Shown here: positions 20,536-34,300 of the stretch, one piece after another
How the letters are laid out: the number at the start of each line of letters is the position of its first letter
How positions within the stretch are numbered: the stretch's first letter is position 1
DNA from: Eledone cirrhosa
Taxonomy: Eukaryota
DNA: 64,000 nucleotides
NCBI GenBank assembly: GCA_964016885.1
Contig: CAXHJY010000151.1
Coordinates: 204,001 to 268,000, forward strand
Direction: 5' to 3'
Notes under the pieces: generated by a model
Database searches by the model: none
What the model was told of the DNA's origin: nothing
The model's input: the letters and a program-made list of their open reading frames with translations, nothing else
Position numbers and translations under genes: made by a program

Positions 20536-23500
20536 ATTCGCCGCCGGACTTCAGCTTCCTCATTTAGCATGGGCAGTTTTTCTTGAAAATCACACCACAC
20601 ACAGCAAATGTGTGTCCGCACATGTACCAGTAATTACAGATCGATTCCGGTGAAAATTCACTGAAAACGGGCCATCCGGCCCTGTGCGTCGATCGTGGGC
20701 CGGCCGGATGTTGACGGATCGATGTGTAATTAGAAGTACATGTGCGGACACTCATTGGCTGTGCGTGGTATGCATTTCAGCAAGATATCTCCGTAACATC
20801 AAGAGTTATGGCTGTGGAGGCACACCTAGTCAAACGTAAACAAGGTCTGGAGCGTTTACGCTTCGCGATTTTGTTTACGTTTGACTAGGTGTGCCTCCAC
20901 AGCCACAACTCTTGATGTTACGGAGATATCTTGCTGAAATGCATACCGCGCACAGGCAATGAGTGTCCGCACATGTACTTCTAATTACACATCGATCCGT
21001 CAACATCCGGCCGGCCCACGATCGACGCACAAGGCCGGATGGCCCGTTTTCAGTGAATTTTCACCGGAATCGATCTGTAATTACTGGTACATGTGCGGAG
21101 ACACATTTGCTGTGTGTGGTGTGATTTTCAAGAAAAACTGCCCATGCTAAATGAGGAAGCTGAAGTCCGCCGGCGAATGGTGTGCTTCGAAGAAAACTAA
21201 TTCGAAAATGACCGTTTGCAGGCGGAGTAACCTTTTCGATCGTGGGCCAGCCGCCCGTGGTGGGATCCATCTGTAATTACTGGTACATGTGCGGACATAC
21301 ATTTGCTGTGTGTGGTGTGATTTTCAAGAAGAACTGCCCATGCTAAATGAGGAAGCTGAAGTCCGCCGGCGAATGGTGTGCTTCGAAGAAAACTAATTCG
21401 AAAATGACCGTTTGCAGGCGGGGTAACCTTTTCGATCGTGGGCCAGCCGCCCGTGGTGGGATCCATCTGTAATTACTGGTACATGTGCGGACACACATTT
21501 GCTGTGTGTGGTGTGATTTTCGAGAAAGACTGCCCATGCTAAATGAGGAAGCTGAAGTCCGCCGGCGAATGGTGTGCTTCGAAGAAAACTAATTCGAAAA
21601 TGACTATTTGCCGGCGGAATCACCTTTTCGGTCCTGGTCCGGCCGGATGTTGCCGGATCGATCGGAAATTTGTGGACCATGTTCGGAAGGCCATTGTGCA
21701 TGTGTGGTGAAAAAAATTTGTGTCGAAATCTTCTCGGAAAATAACGGATCGCCGGCGGAGATTGCCATTTCGATCGTGGGCCGGCCGGATCTTGTCGGAT
21801 CGATTCGGACATATGTGCATCGTGTTCGCAAGGCCCTTGTCTATGTGTGGTGTGATTTTCATAAAGAAATTCCGAAAAACCCAGTTTTAAATCTGATTTC
21901 GCCAAAGAATTTTGGCTATCAGATCGGGTTGAAAGGTATGGTTTCAGGTCGATCTGAAAGTCTAAAATGGAATTCACTCGGTTAGCTAACTATTGATATA
22001 TCGGAGATATCTTTCTGAAAATCACACCACACACTCCCAATGAGTGTCTGCACATGTACCAGTAATTACAGATGGATCCCACCACGGGCGGCCGGCCCAC
22101 GATCGAAAAGGTTACTCCGAAGCACACCATTCGCCGGCGGAATTCATTTAGCATGGGCAGTTTTTCTCGAAAATCACACCACACACAGCCAATGAGTGTC
22201 CGCACATGTACCAGTAATTACAGATGGATCCCACCACGGGCGGCTGGCCCACGATCGAAAAGGTTACTCCGCCTGCAAACGGTCATTTTCGAATTCGTTT
22301 TCTTCGAAGCACACGATTCGCCGGCGGACTTCAGCTGCCTCATTTAGCATGGGCAGTTTTTCTCGAAAATCACACCACACACAGCAAATGTGTGTCCGCA
22401 CATGTACCAGTAATTACAGATCGATTCCGGTGAAAATTCACTGAAAACGGGCCATTCGGCCCTGTGCGTCGATCGTGGGCCGGCCGGATGTTGACGGATC
22501 GATGTGTAATTAGAAGTACATGTGCGGACACTCATTGGCTGTGCGTGGTATGCATTTCAGCAAGATATCTCCGTAACATCAAGAGTTATGGCTGTGGAGG
22601 CACACCTAGTCAAACGTAAACAAGCTCTGGAGCGTATACGCTTCGCGATTTTGTTTACGTTTGACTAGGTGTGCCTCCACAGCCACAACTCTTGATGTTA
22701 CGGAGATATCTTGCTGAAATGCATACCACGCACAGCCAATGAGTGTCCGCACATGTACTTCTAATTACACATCGATCCGTCAACATCCGGCCGGCCCACG
22801 ATCGACGCACAGGGCCGGATGGCCCGTTTGCAGTGAATTTTCACCGGAATCGATCTGTAATTACTGGTACATGTGCGGACACACATTTGCTGTGTGTGGT
22901 GTGATTTTCGAGAAAGACTGCCCATGCTAAATGAGGAAGCTGAAGTCCGCCGGCGAATGGTGTGCTTCGAAGAAAACTAATTCGAAAATGACCGTTTGCA
23001 GGCGGGGTAACCTTTTCGATCGTGGGCCAGCCGCCCGTGGTGGGATCCATCTGTAATTACTGGTACATGTGCGGACACACATTTGCTGTGTGTGGTGTGA
23101 TTTTCGAGAAAGACTGCCCATGCTAAATGAGGAAGCTGAAGTCCGCCGGCGAATGGTGTGCTTCGAAGAAAACTAATTCGAAAATGACTATTTGCCGGCG
23201 GAATCACCTTTTCGGTCCTGGTCCGGCCGGATCTTGCCGGATCGATCGGAAATTTGTGGACCATGTTCGGAAGGCCATTGTGCATGTGTGGTGAAAAAAA
23301 TTTGTGTCGAAATCTTCTCGGAAAATAACGGATCGCCGGCGGAGATTGCCATTTCGATCGTGGGCCGGCCGGATCTTGTCGGATCGATTCGGACATATGT
23401 GCATCGTGTTCGCAAGGCCCTTGTCTATGTGTGGTGTGATTTTCATAAAGAAATTCCGAAAAACCCAGTTTTAAATCTGATTTCGCCAAAGAATTTTGGC

Positions 23501-26500
23501 TATCAGATCGGGTTGAAAGGTATGGTTTCAGGTCGATCTGAAAGTCTAAAATGGAATTCACTCGGTTAGCTAACTATTGATATATCGGAGATATCTTTCT
23601 GAAAATCACACCACACACTCCCAATGAGTGTCTGCACATGTACCAGTAATTACAGATGGATCCCACCACGGGCGGCCGGCCCACGATCGAAAAGGTTACT
23701 CCGAAGCACACCATTCGCCGGCGGAATTCATTTAGCATGGGCAGTTTTTCTCGAAAATCACACCACACACAGCCAATGAGTGTCCGCACATGTACCAGTA
23801 ATTACAGATGGATCCCACCACGGGCGGCTGGCCCACGATCGAAAAGGTTACTCCGCCTGCAAACGGTCATTTTCGAATTCGTTTTCTTCGAAGCACACGA
23901 TTCGCCGGCGGACTTCAGCTGCCTCATTTAGCATGGGCAGTTTTTCTCGAAAATCACACCACACACAGCAAATGTGTGTCCGCACATGTACCAGTAATTA
24001 CAGATCGATTCCGGTGAAAATTCACTGAAAACGGGCCATTCGGCCCTGTGCGTCGATCGTGGGCCGGCCGGATGTTGACGGATCGATGTGTAATTAGAAG
24101 TACATGTGCGGACACTCATTGGCTGTGCGTGGTATGCATTTCAGCAAGATATCTCCGTAACATCAAGAGTTATGGCTGTGGAGGCACACCTAGTCAAACG
24201 TAAACAAGCTCTGGAGCGTATACGCTTCGCGATTTTGTTTACGTTTGACTAGGTGTGCCTCCACAGCCACAACTCTTGATGTTACGGAGATATCTTGCTG
24301 AAATGCATACCACGCACAGCCAATGAGTGTCCGCACATGTACTTCTAATTACACATCGATCCGTCAACATCCGGCCGGCCCACGATCGACGCACAGGGCC
24401 GGATGGCCCGTTTTCAGTGAATTTTCACCGGAATCGATCTGTAATTACTGGTACATGTGCGGACACACATTTGCTGTGTGTGGTGTGATTTTCACGAAAA
24501 ACTGCCCATGCTAAATGAGGAAGCTGAAGTCCGCCGGCGAATGGTGTGCTTCGAAGAAAACTAATTCGAAAATGACCGTTTGCAGGCGGAGTAACCTTTT
24601 CGATCGTGGGCCAGCCGCCCGTGGTGGGATACATCTGTAATTACTGGTACATGTGCGGACACACATTTGCTGTGTGTGGTGTGATTTTCGAGAAAGACTG
24701 CCCATGCTAAATGAGGAAGCTGAAGTCCGCCGGCGAATGGTGTGCTTCGAAGAAAACTAATTCGAAAATGACTATTTGCCGGCGGAATCACCTTTTCGGT
24801 CCTGGTCCGGCCGGATCTTGCCGGATCGATCGGAAATTTGTGGACCATGTTCGGAAGGCCATTGTGCATGTGTGGTGATAAAAATTTGTGTCGAAATCTT
24901 CTCGGAAAATAACGGATCGCCGGCGGAGATTGCCATTTCGATCGTGGGCCGGCCGGATCTTGTCGGATCGATTCGGACATATGTGCATCGTGTTCGCAAG
25001 GCCCTTGTCTATGTGTGGTGTGATTTTCATAAAGAAATTCCGAAAAACCCAGTTTTAAATCTGATTTCGCCAAAGAATTTTGGCTATCAGATCGGGTTGA
25101 AAGGTATGGTTTCAGGTCGATCTGAAAGTCTAAAATGGAATTCACTCGGTTAGCTAACTATTGATATATCGGAGATATCTTTCTGAAAATCACACCACAC
25201 ACTCCCAATGAGTGTCTGCACATGTACCAGTAATTACAGATGGATCCCACCACGGGCGGCCGGCCCACGATCGAAAAGGTTACTCCGAAGCACACCATTC
25301 GCCGGCGGAATTCATTTAGCATGGGCAGTTTTTCTCGAAAATCACACCACACACAGCCAATGAGTGTCCGCACATGTACCAGTAATTACAGATGGATCCC
25401 ACCACGGGCGGCTGGCCCACGATCGAAAAGGTTACTCCGCCTGCAAACGGTCATTTTCGAATTAGTTTTCTTCGAAGCACACCATTCGCCGGCGGACTTC
25501 AGCTTCCTCATTTAGCATGGGCAGTTTTTCTTGAAAATCACACCACACACAGCAAATGTGTGTCCGCACATGTACCAGTAATTACAGATCGATTCCGGTG
25601 AAAATTCACCGAAAACGGGCCATTCGGCCCTGTGCGTCGATCGTGGGCCGGCCGGATGTTGACGGATCGATGTGTAATTAGAAGTACATGTGCGGACACT
25701 CATTGGCTGTGCGTGGTATGCATTTCAGCAAGATATCTCCGTAACATCAAGAGTTATGGCTGTGGAGGCACACCTAGTCAAACGTAAACAAGCTCTGGAG
25801 CGTATACGCTTCGCGATTTTGTTTACGTTTGACTAGGTGTGCCTCCACAGCCACAACTCTTGATGTTACGGAGATATCTTGCTGAAATGCATACCACGCA
25901 CAGCCAATGAGTGTCCGCACATGTACTTCTAATTACACATCGATCCGTCAACATCCGGCCGGCCCACGATCGACGCACAGGGCCGGATGGCCCGTTTTCA
26001 GTGAATTTTCACCGGAATCGATCTGTAATTACTGGTACATGTGCGGACACACATTTGCTGTGTGTGGTGTGATTTTCACGAAAAACTGCCCATGCTAAAT
26101 GAGGAAGCTGAAGTCCGCCGGCGAATGGTGTGCTTCGAAGAAAACTAATTCGAAAATGACCGTTTGCAGGCGGAGTAACCTTTTCGATCGTGGGCCAGCC
26201 GCCCGTGGTGGGATACATCTGTAATTACTGGTACATGTGCGGACACACATTTGCTGTGTGTGGTGTGATTTTCGAGAAAGACTGCCCATGCTAAATGAGG
26301 AAGCTGAAGTCCGCCGGCGAATGGTGTGCTTCGAAGAAAACTAATTCGAAAATGACTATTTGCCGGCGGAATCACCTTTTCGGTCCTGGTCCGGCCGGAT
26401 CTTGCCGGATCGATCGGAAATTTGTGGACCATGTTCGGAAGGCCATTGTGCATGTGTGGTGATAAAAATTTGTGTCGAAATCTTCTCGGAAAATAACGGA

Positions 26501-27535
26501 TCGCCGGCGGAGATTGCCATTTCGATCGTGGGCCGGCCGGATCTTGTCGGATCGATTCGGACATATGTGCATCGTGTTCGCAAGGCCCTTGTCTATGTGT
26601 GGTGTGATTTTCATAAAGAAATTCCGAAAAACCCAGTTTTAAATCTGATTTCGCCAAAGAATTTTGGCTATCAGATCGGGTTGAAAGGTATGGTTTCAGG
26701 TCGATCTGAAAGTCTAAAATGGAATTCACTCGGTTAGCTAACTATTGATATATCGGAGATATCTTTCTGAAAATCACACCACACACTCCCAATGAGTGTC
26801 TGCACATGTACCAGTAATTACAGATGGATCCCACCACGGGCGGCCGGCCCACGATCGAAAAGGTTACTCCGAAGCACACCATTCGCCGGCGGAATTCATT
26901 TAGCATGGGCAGTTTTTCTCGAAAATCACACCACACACAGCCAATGAGTGTCCGCACATGTACCAGTAATTACAGATGGATCCCACCACGGGCGGCTGGC
27001 CCACGATCGAAAAGGTTACTCCGCCTGCAAACGGTCATTTTCGAATTAGTTTTCTTCGAAGCACACCATTCGCCGGCGGACTTCAGCTTCCTCATTTAGC
27101 ATGGGCAGTTTTTCTTGAAAATCACACCACACACAGCAAATGTGTGTCCGCACATGTACCAGTAATTACAGATCGATTCCGGTGAAAATTCACCGAAAAC
27201 GGGCCATTCGGCCCTGTGCGTCGATCGTGGGCCGGCCGGATGTTGACGGATCGATGTGTAATTAGAAGTACATGTGCGGACACTCATTGGCTGTGCGTGG
27301 TATGCATTTCAGCAAGATATCTCCGTAACATCATGAGTTATGGCTGTGGAGGCACACCTAGTCAAACGTAAACAAGGTCTGGAGCGTTTACGCTTCGCGA
27401 TTTTGTTTACGTTTGACTAGGTGTGCCTCCACAGCCACAACTCTTGATGTTACGGAGATATCTTGCTGAAATTCATACCACGCACAGCCAATGAGTGTCC
27501 GCACATGTACCTGTAATTACACATCGATCCGACGA
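20536..27535. repeat. Palindromic higher-order satellite, array 1 (1584-bp period, 196-bp subunits)
   Basis: ORF echoes at 21977/23561/25145/26729; inversion centres at ~20857, 22637, 24221, 25805, 27389. Confidence 0.96.
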
Positions 27536-27616
27536 CGGACAGAGTATTCGGTTTATTTTCTTGACATATTTCTTTACATATTGTCCAGGCATGCACTTTT
27601 TCCATGATTAGTTCTG

Positions 27617-27674
27617 TTGACGGCCCGCTTTCCAAAATACCTTATCCTGTGCAACGCCGGGTACCACTGCTAGT
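27617..27674 (+). mobile_element. Helitron/Helentron-like terminus (GC hairpin + CTAG)
   Basis: cctgtgcaacgccggg-taccactg-CTAG-t; related copies on the opposite strand at 30755 and 41149. Confidence 0.65.
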
Positions 27675-27890
27675 ATATATATGTGTATGTATATATATAT
27701 ATATATTGGTAAACGGAATAGAAAATTGTGACAAATTGTTCACAGTGAAAAATAGTTTAATTAGGAATAAGTTATAATTAGTAATAGTATTGGTTAGTAT
27801 TAAGTTTTGGTTTTAAGTTTTACCGGTTGCGCATTTCTAATGCTTTTCAAAAATAATTTTGAGATAGAGCGTCCGTGATGTTTGCTCTGA

Positions 27891-27930
<40 letters not shown>

Positions 27931-28074
27931 AACAGTAGAAAGGAAAAAGATTTTTTCAGTAGAAATTGCTGAAGAGATTCTTTCAGTGTAATTTCAAAAC
28001 ATTAATTTATTTATAAAGTGGATATTTCCACATTTAATAATGGCACTGGGTTCAGCATTATATACATTGTCAAT

Positions 28075-28345
28075 TGTGGATTCTACTTTTGGCACAAGGG
28101 CTGCAATTATCCAGTACATTACTGGTACTTTATTATTTATACAAATAATAATTGTTTCTACTTTTGGCACAAGGGCAGCAATTACCCAGTACATTACTGG
28201 TACTTTATTATTTATACAAATAATAATTGTTTCTACTTTAGGCACAAGGTCAGCAATTACCCAGTACATTACTGGTACTTTATTATTTATACAAATAATA
28301 ATTGTTTCTACTTTAGGCACAAGGTCAGCAATTACCCCAGTACTT
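28075..28345. repeat. 75-bp minisatellite (~3.5 copies) running into a SINE fragment (28335-28410, minus strand)
   Basis: acaaataataattgtttctact at 28141, 28216, 28291. Confidence 0.9.
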
Positions 28346-28495
28346 TATTTTATCGACCCCGTAAGGATGAAAGAAAAGTTAACCTCAACGGGATTTGAAC
28401 TCAGTCTGTAAAGGGAGGTAACTGCTGGATTAATTTGGTTAATTAAGTTAACAGAAATTATGAACCGGTTTCTACAGAGCCTTCTGGACATTTAA

Positions 28496-28716
28496 CCCTT
28501 TAGCATTTAAACCAGCCATACCTAGCCAGAATACTCTCACATCTTTCTGTTCAAACCAGCCATAACTGGCCACTCATACTGACGTTAAGGTATTGTTCTC
28601 AATATAAATAATATCAAAATCTCATAGATTCGATATTATATGAGATAATTATGTAAGATAAAGCCTTTACCACAAAAATACAATAGTATATATAGAGTAA
28701 TAAAAATGCTAAAGGG
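28496..28716. mobile_element. piggyBac-like MITE
   Basis: TIRs ccctttagcattt / aaatgctaaaggg flanked by TTAA and TAAA. Confidence 0.75.
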
Positions 28717-29029
28717 TAAAAGTAGCTTATTATTTTGTGAGCTCTTGCTACTTATTGCTCTTGTGCATCAAGAACATACACAGCTTACATTTTGTTGCTA
28801 ATCTCACTGAGATCCAACTACATCTCTTGTTTATCCATAGTTTGGAATTTCTACCTACTCCTTTCCTTTAGAATGATCAAGGCCATTTTCTTGTGGGGAT
28901 CTAGGCCCTGTTTTCCTTTCTATTTTGCCAAGTTATCTTACATCACTTTCATTCTAGACCATGCTTCCAGGTTTGGAATTTCTCCTCTAATTTTACCACA
29001 GATTAAGTGACAAGGGTTCAATCATGTGC

Positions 29030-30700
29030 ATACAGGAGTTCCCATGGACAGCCAGTAATATGTAATAGCCTGCAGGATGATAATAAACAGAAGAGGGTTA
29101 ATTACAGAGCCCTGATAGAGGGTTAATAACAGAGCCCTGATAGACTTGTTCACTCAACTCCTCACTATAGCCATCATTACTTTTAACCTTACTGACTGCT
29201 CCTCCATACATGGCTTTTACTGCTCTCACAAGCCACTCATATACCCCTAGTTTTCTAAGTTATACACCAGATTAGGGAAGGGGGAAGTCTCACAGAAGCT
29301 CTCTCTGGGTCAACAAATGCCAAGTAGAGGGGCTTATTTTAGCTAGGTACTACTCTTGCAGTTGCCACACAAGGAAGAGGACATCAGTGGTACTTTTACC
29401 TGGCACAAATCCAAACTTCATCTCATCTAGGTTAACTTGGTCCCTAATCAGCTGTGTTATAAATCTAACACCTTCATGAAGTGGTCCATCTAATATCTCT
29501 ATAGTTTTCTAGCTCTAGTACATCTCCTTTGCCCTTGTAGCAGTTGATGATGATGATACTACACCATTTATTTGGTATGACACCATTTTGTATTACATGC
29601 TGTACGATACCAGTGGTTAAGATGTGACCCACCATCCCAGATACTTTCAGTATCTCAGCAACTATCACCAATGGACAAGATACTTTCTCTGTCTTCATAT
29701 CCTTAATTACCTTACTTCATATCCTTAATTACCTTACTGCTTACTTGTATGGCTGGACCCTCTGTTGGGCCCACTTTCCGTAGACTATCTTCCTCCCATG
29801 CATTCTCCTCATTCAGTAATCTTTCATAAAGGCATTTCCATGTTACAAAGGTTGGCTGAAAAGTTCATAGACTATCAATGATAGCATGATGCTAGAGCTG
29901 TGAAATCTTGCCTGCATTAATTTCAACTCTTCTTATTAATAACTGCATTGTTTCCTTCCAGGGACTATGTTGAAAAATAAACCTCATTTGGTCATTCCAT
30001 GAGTGTATCTTGGTCTGCCTATGAACTTTTCAGCTGACCCTATTCAGCATCAGTGAGCCCAAATGCCCCATTATCATCCTGGACACACTTTACCCCAACA
30101 TCACAATTTGCCCTCACACACTGCCTCACAATCCTGAACATCTCATGTATTTCATCCTCACATCATAAAACCAACTGAAATTATATATTCTCTGCTTCCC
30201 TCCTTGCAAAGAATACTTCTTGCCTAGCTTCCTGTAGTGTACCCTCCAGCTGCCTCCATTCTGCCATTATTCCATGCCTGTCTCTTGGCCTTAACTGTCT
30301 CATCTACCCTAGTGTTTCACCACCAAGATACTCTCCTCTCTGAAGCCCTGCTCCAGCCACAGATCTAGTTTGACACCTTCAGCAAAGGTTCTTTAAGGAA
30401 CTCCCACTGTTCCCCTATATTGTATGTTTCTATTTGTTCTTCCTTACTGTTGTAAAGATCAAACAAAATATCTCTAAATTTGGAACTGGCTGAGGGGTCC
30501 TTTAACTTCCATATCCTTCTCCTCCAAGTTGCCCTCAGTCTTCAAGTTCATCTAAGTCTATGAAATCACTAACTACTGGGTTATGTTGGGAGGTGCATTC
30601 TTCCCCAGGGGGTGGGGATTGTGTGTTTACAAATGTCAATATCTCATCTTCTGGTGAGGATAAAAATCTGACTGGCATGCTCCTCTGACCAATAGGTGTT
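29030..30700 (-). mobile_element. Decayed RTE-type LINE (ORF2 middle)
   Basis: IVAEILK...GVIPNKWCSIIIINCYKGKGDVLELENYRDI, plus a FGFVPGKSTTD-like segment. Confidence 0.8.
29846..30045. mobile_element. Tc1/mariner-like MITE nested in the RTE fragment
   Basis: Imperfect TIRs aggttggctgaaaagttcatagac / gcctatgaacttttcagctgaccct, preceded by TA. Confidence 0.7.
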
Positions 30701-30754
30701 GAAGTGGTTGTCGGGTAAACGTTAAGACCCTCTGATATACATATATATATATAT

Positions 30755-30815
30755 ACTAGCAGTGGTACCCGGCGTTGCACGGGATAACGTATTTCGGAAC
30801 GCGGGCCGCCATCTT
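30755..30815 (-). mobile_element. Helitron/Helentron-like terminus
   Basis: actagcagtggtacccggcgttgcacgggataa next to (TA)n; reverse complement of the 27617-27674 motif. Confidence 0.65.
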
Positions 30816-31317
30816 CCACTTCAGCCGGTCGCCCTAAAGTGTTGGCTATTCAGTCTACTTGAGGCCAGTTGGTGAGGGGGGGTAAAGCTTTCAGTGTGCT
30901 ACTACCCTCACGGTCAAATAGAAAGGGAGAGGAAGAAAAGTCAGCGTTAATATCGTGCTACACGTTTGAAAGGTTGGATGACCTTAGAGTTCACCAGGGT
31001 GGGGGGTTCTAAAAGTATCTATCTTGGTATTTTATCTTAGAAGTAATCATTACAGAGTGTACTGGGTGTATTTTAGTGGGCAGTAATTCCATAAAGAACA
31101 CAGTATAATCTGTGGACACAAGCCTTGCAGTGTGATTACAGGCAGGTTAATGGGAAAGATAGATTATATATGTGACATGATGTACATGAGAAGTGAGGAC
31201 ACAGACCACACATGAAATAGATTCCTACAACTGTCAGGGAGGCTCCCTAGAATTACAGATGACATATTTCAATATCTCGGTGATCAAGTTAGCAGTGGAG
31301 GAAGAATCTCTAAAAGT

Positions 31318-34300
31318 CACACCACACACAGCCAATGAGTGTCCGCACATGTACCAGTAATTACAGATGGATCCCACCACGGGCGGCTGGCCCACGATCG
31401 AAAAGGTTACTCCGCCTGCAAACGGTCATTTTCGAATTCGTTTTCTTCGAAGCACACGATTCGCCGGCGGACTTCAGCTGCCTCATTTAGCATGGGCAGT
31501 TTTTCTCGAAAATCACACCACACACAGCAAATGTGTGTCCGCACATGTACCAGTAATTACAGATCGATTCCGGTGAAAATTCACTGAAAACGGGCCATTC
31601 GGCCCTGTGCGTCGATCGTGGGCCGGCCGGATGTTGACGGATCGATGTGTAATTAGAAGTACATGTGCGGACACTCATTGGCTGTGCGTGGTATGCATTT
31701 CAGCAAGATATCTCCGTAACATCAAGAGTTATGGCTGTGGAGGCACACCTAGTCAAACGTAAACAAGCTCTGGAGCGTATACGCTTCGCGATTTTGTTTA
31801 CGTTTGACTAGGTGTGCCTCCACAGCCACAACTCTTGATGTTACGGAGATATCTTGCTGAAATGCATACCACGCACAGCCAATGAGTGTCCGCACATGTA
31901 CTTCTAATTACACATCGATCCGTCAACATCCGGCCGGCCCACGATCGGCGCACAGGGCCGGATGGCCCGTTTTCAGTGAATTTTCACCGGAATCGATCTG
32001 TAATTACTGGTACATGTGCGGACACACATTTGCTGTGTGTGGTGTGATTTTCAAGAAGAACTGCCCATGCTAAATGAGGAAGCTGAAGTCCGCCGGCGAA
32101 TGGTGTGCTTCGAAGAAAACTAATTCGAAAATGACCGTTTGCAGGCGGGGTAACCTTTTCGATCGTGGGCCAGCCGCCCGTGGTGGGATCCATCTGTAAT
32201 TACTGGTACATGTGCGGACACACATTTGCTGTGTGTGGTGTGATTTTCGAGAAAGACTGCCCATGCTAAATGAGGAAGCTGAAGTCCGCCGGCGAATGGT
32301 GTGCTTCGAAGAAAACTAATTCGAAAATGACTATTTGCCGGCGGAATCACCTTTTCGGTCCTGGTCCGGCCGGATCTTGCCGGATCGATCGGAAATTTGT
32401 GGACCATGTTCGGAAGGCCATTGTGCATGTGTGGTGAAAAAAATTTGTGTCGAAATCTTCTCGGAAAATAACGGATCGCCGGCGGAGATTGCCATTTCGA
32501 TCGTGGGCCGGCCGGATCTTGTCGGATCGATTCGGACATATGTGCATCGTGTTCGCAAGGCCCTTGTCTATGTGTGGTGTGATTTTCATAAAGAAATTCC
32601 GAAAAACCCAGTTTTAAATCTGATTTCGCCAAAGAATTTTGGCTATCAGATCGGGTTGAAAGGTATGGTTTCAGGTCGATCTGAAAGTCTAAAATGGAAT
32701 TCACTCGGTTAGCTAACTATTGATATATCGGAGCTATCTTTCTGAAAATCACACCACACACTCCCAATGAGTGTCTGCACATGTACCAGTAATTACAGAT
32801 GGATCCCACCACGGGCGGCCGGCCCACGATCGAAAAGGTTACTCCGAAGCACACCATTCGCCGGCGGAATTCATTTAGCATGGGCAGTTTTTCTCGAAAA
32901 TCACACCACACACAGCCAATGAGTGTCCGCACATGTACCAGTAATTACAGATGGATCCCACCACGGGCGGCTGGCCCACGATCGAAAAGGTTACTCCGCC
33001 TGCAAACGGTCATTTTCGAATTCGTTTTCTTCGAAGCACACGATTCGCCGGCGGACTTCAGCTGCCTCATTTAGCATGGGCAGTTTTTCTCGAAAATCAC
33101 ACCACACACAGCAAATGTGTGTCCGCACATGTACCAGTAATTACAGATCGATTCCGGTGAAAATTCACTGAAAACGGGCCATTCGGCCCTGTGCGTCGAT
33201 CGTGGGCCGGCCGGATGTTGACGGATCGATGTGTAATTAGAAGTACATGTGCGGACACTCATTGGCTGTGCGTGGTATGCATTTCAGCAAGATATCTCCG
33301 TAACATCAAGAGTTATGGCTGTGGAGGCACACCTAGTCAAACGTAAACAAGCTCTGGAGCGTATACGCTTCGCGATTTTGTTTACGTTTGACTAGGTGTG
33401 CCTCCACAGCCACAACTCTTGATGTTACGGAGATATCTTGCTGAAATGCATACCACGCACAGCCAATGAGTGTCCGCACATGTACTTCTAATTACACATC
33501 GATCCGTCAACATCCGGCCGGCCCACGATCGACGCACAGGGCCGGATGGCCCGTTTTCAGTGAATTTTCACCGGAATCGATCTGTAATTACTGGTACATG
33601 TGCGGACACACATTTGCTGTGTGTGGTGTGATTTTCACGAAAAACTGCCCATGCTAAATGAGGAAGCTGAAGTCCGCCGGCGAATGGTGTGCTTCGAAGA
33701 AAACTAATTCGAAAATGACCGTTTGCAGGCGGAGTAACCTTTTCGATCGTGGGCCAGCCGCCCGTATTGGGATACATCTGTAATTACTGGTACATGTGCG
33801 GACACACATTTGCTGTGTGTGGTGTGATTTTCGAGAAAGACTGCCCATGCTAAATGAGGAAGCTGAAGTCCGCCGGCGAATGGTGTGCTTCGAAGAAAAC
33901 TAATTCGAAAATGACTATTTGCCGGCGGAATCACCTTTTCGGTCCTGGTCCGGCCGGATCTTGCCGGATCGATCGGAAATTTGTGGACCATGTTCGGAAG
34001 GCCATTGTGCATGTGTGGTGAAAAAAATTTGTGTCGAAATCTTCTCGGAAAATAACGGATCGCCGGCGGAGATTGCCATTTCGATCGTGGGCCGGCCGGA
34101 TCTTGTCGGATCGATTCGGACATATGTGCATCGTGTTCGCAAGGCCCTTGTCTATGTGTGGTGTGATTTTCATAAAGAAATTCCGAAAAACCCAGTTTTA
34201 AATCTGATTTCGCCAAAGAATTTTGGCTATCAGATCGGGTTGAAAGGTATGGTTTCAGGTCGATCTGAAAGTCTAAAATGGAATTCACTCGGTTAGCTAA

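Larger units (their letters stand above)
28488..31317. repeat. 2.83-kb direct duplication, copy A (equals 38882-41711)
   Basis: Constant offset 10394 (28792/39186, 29474/39868, 30535/40929). Confidence 0.95.
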
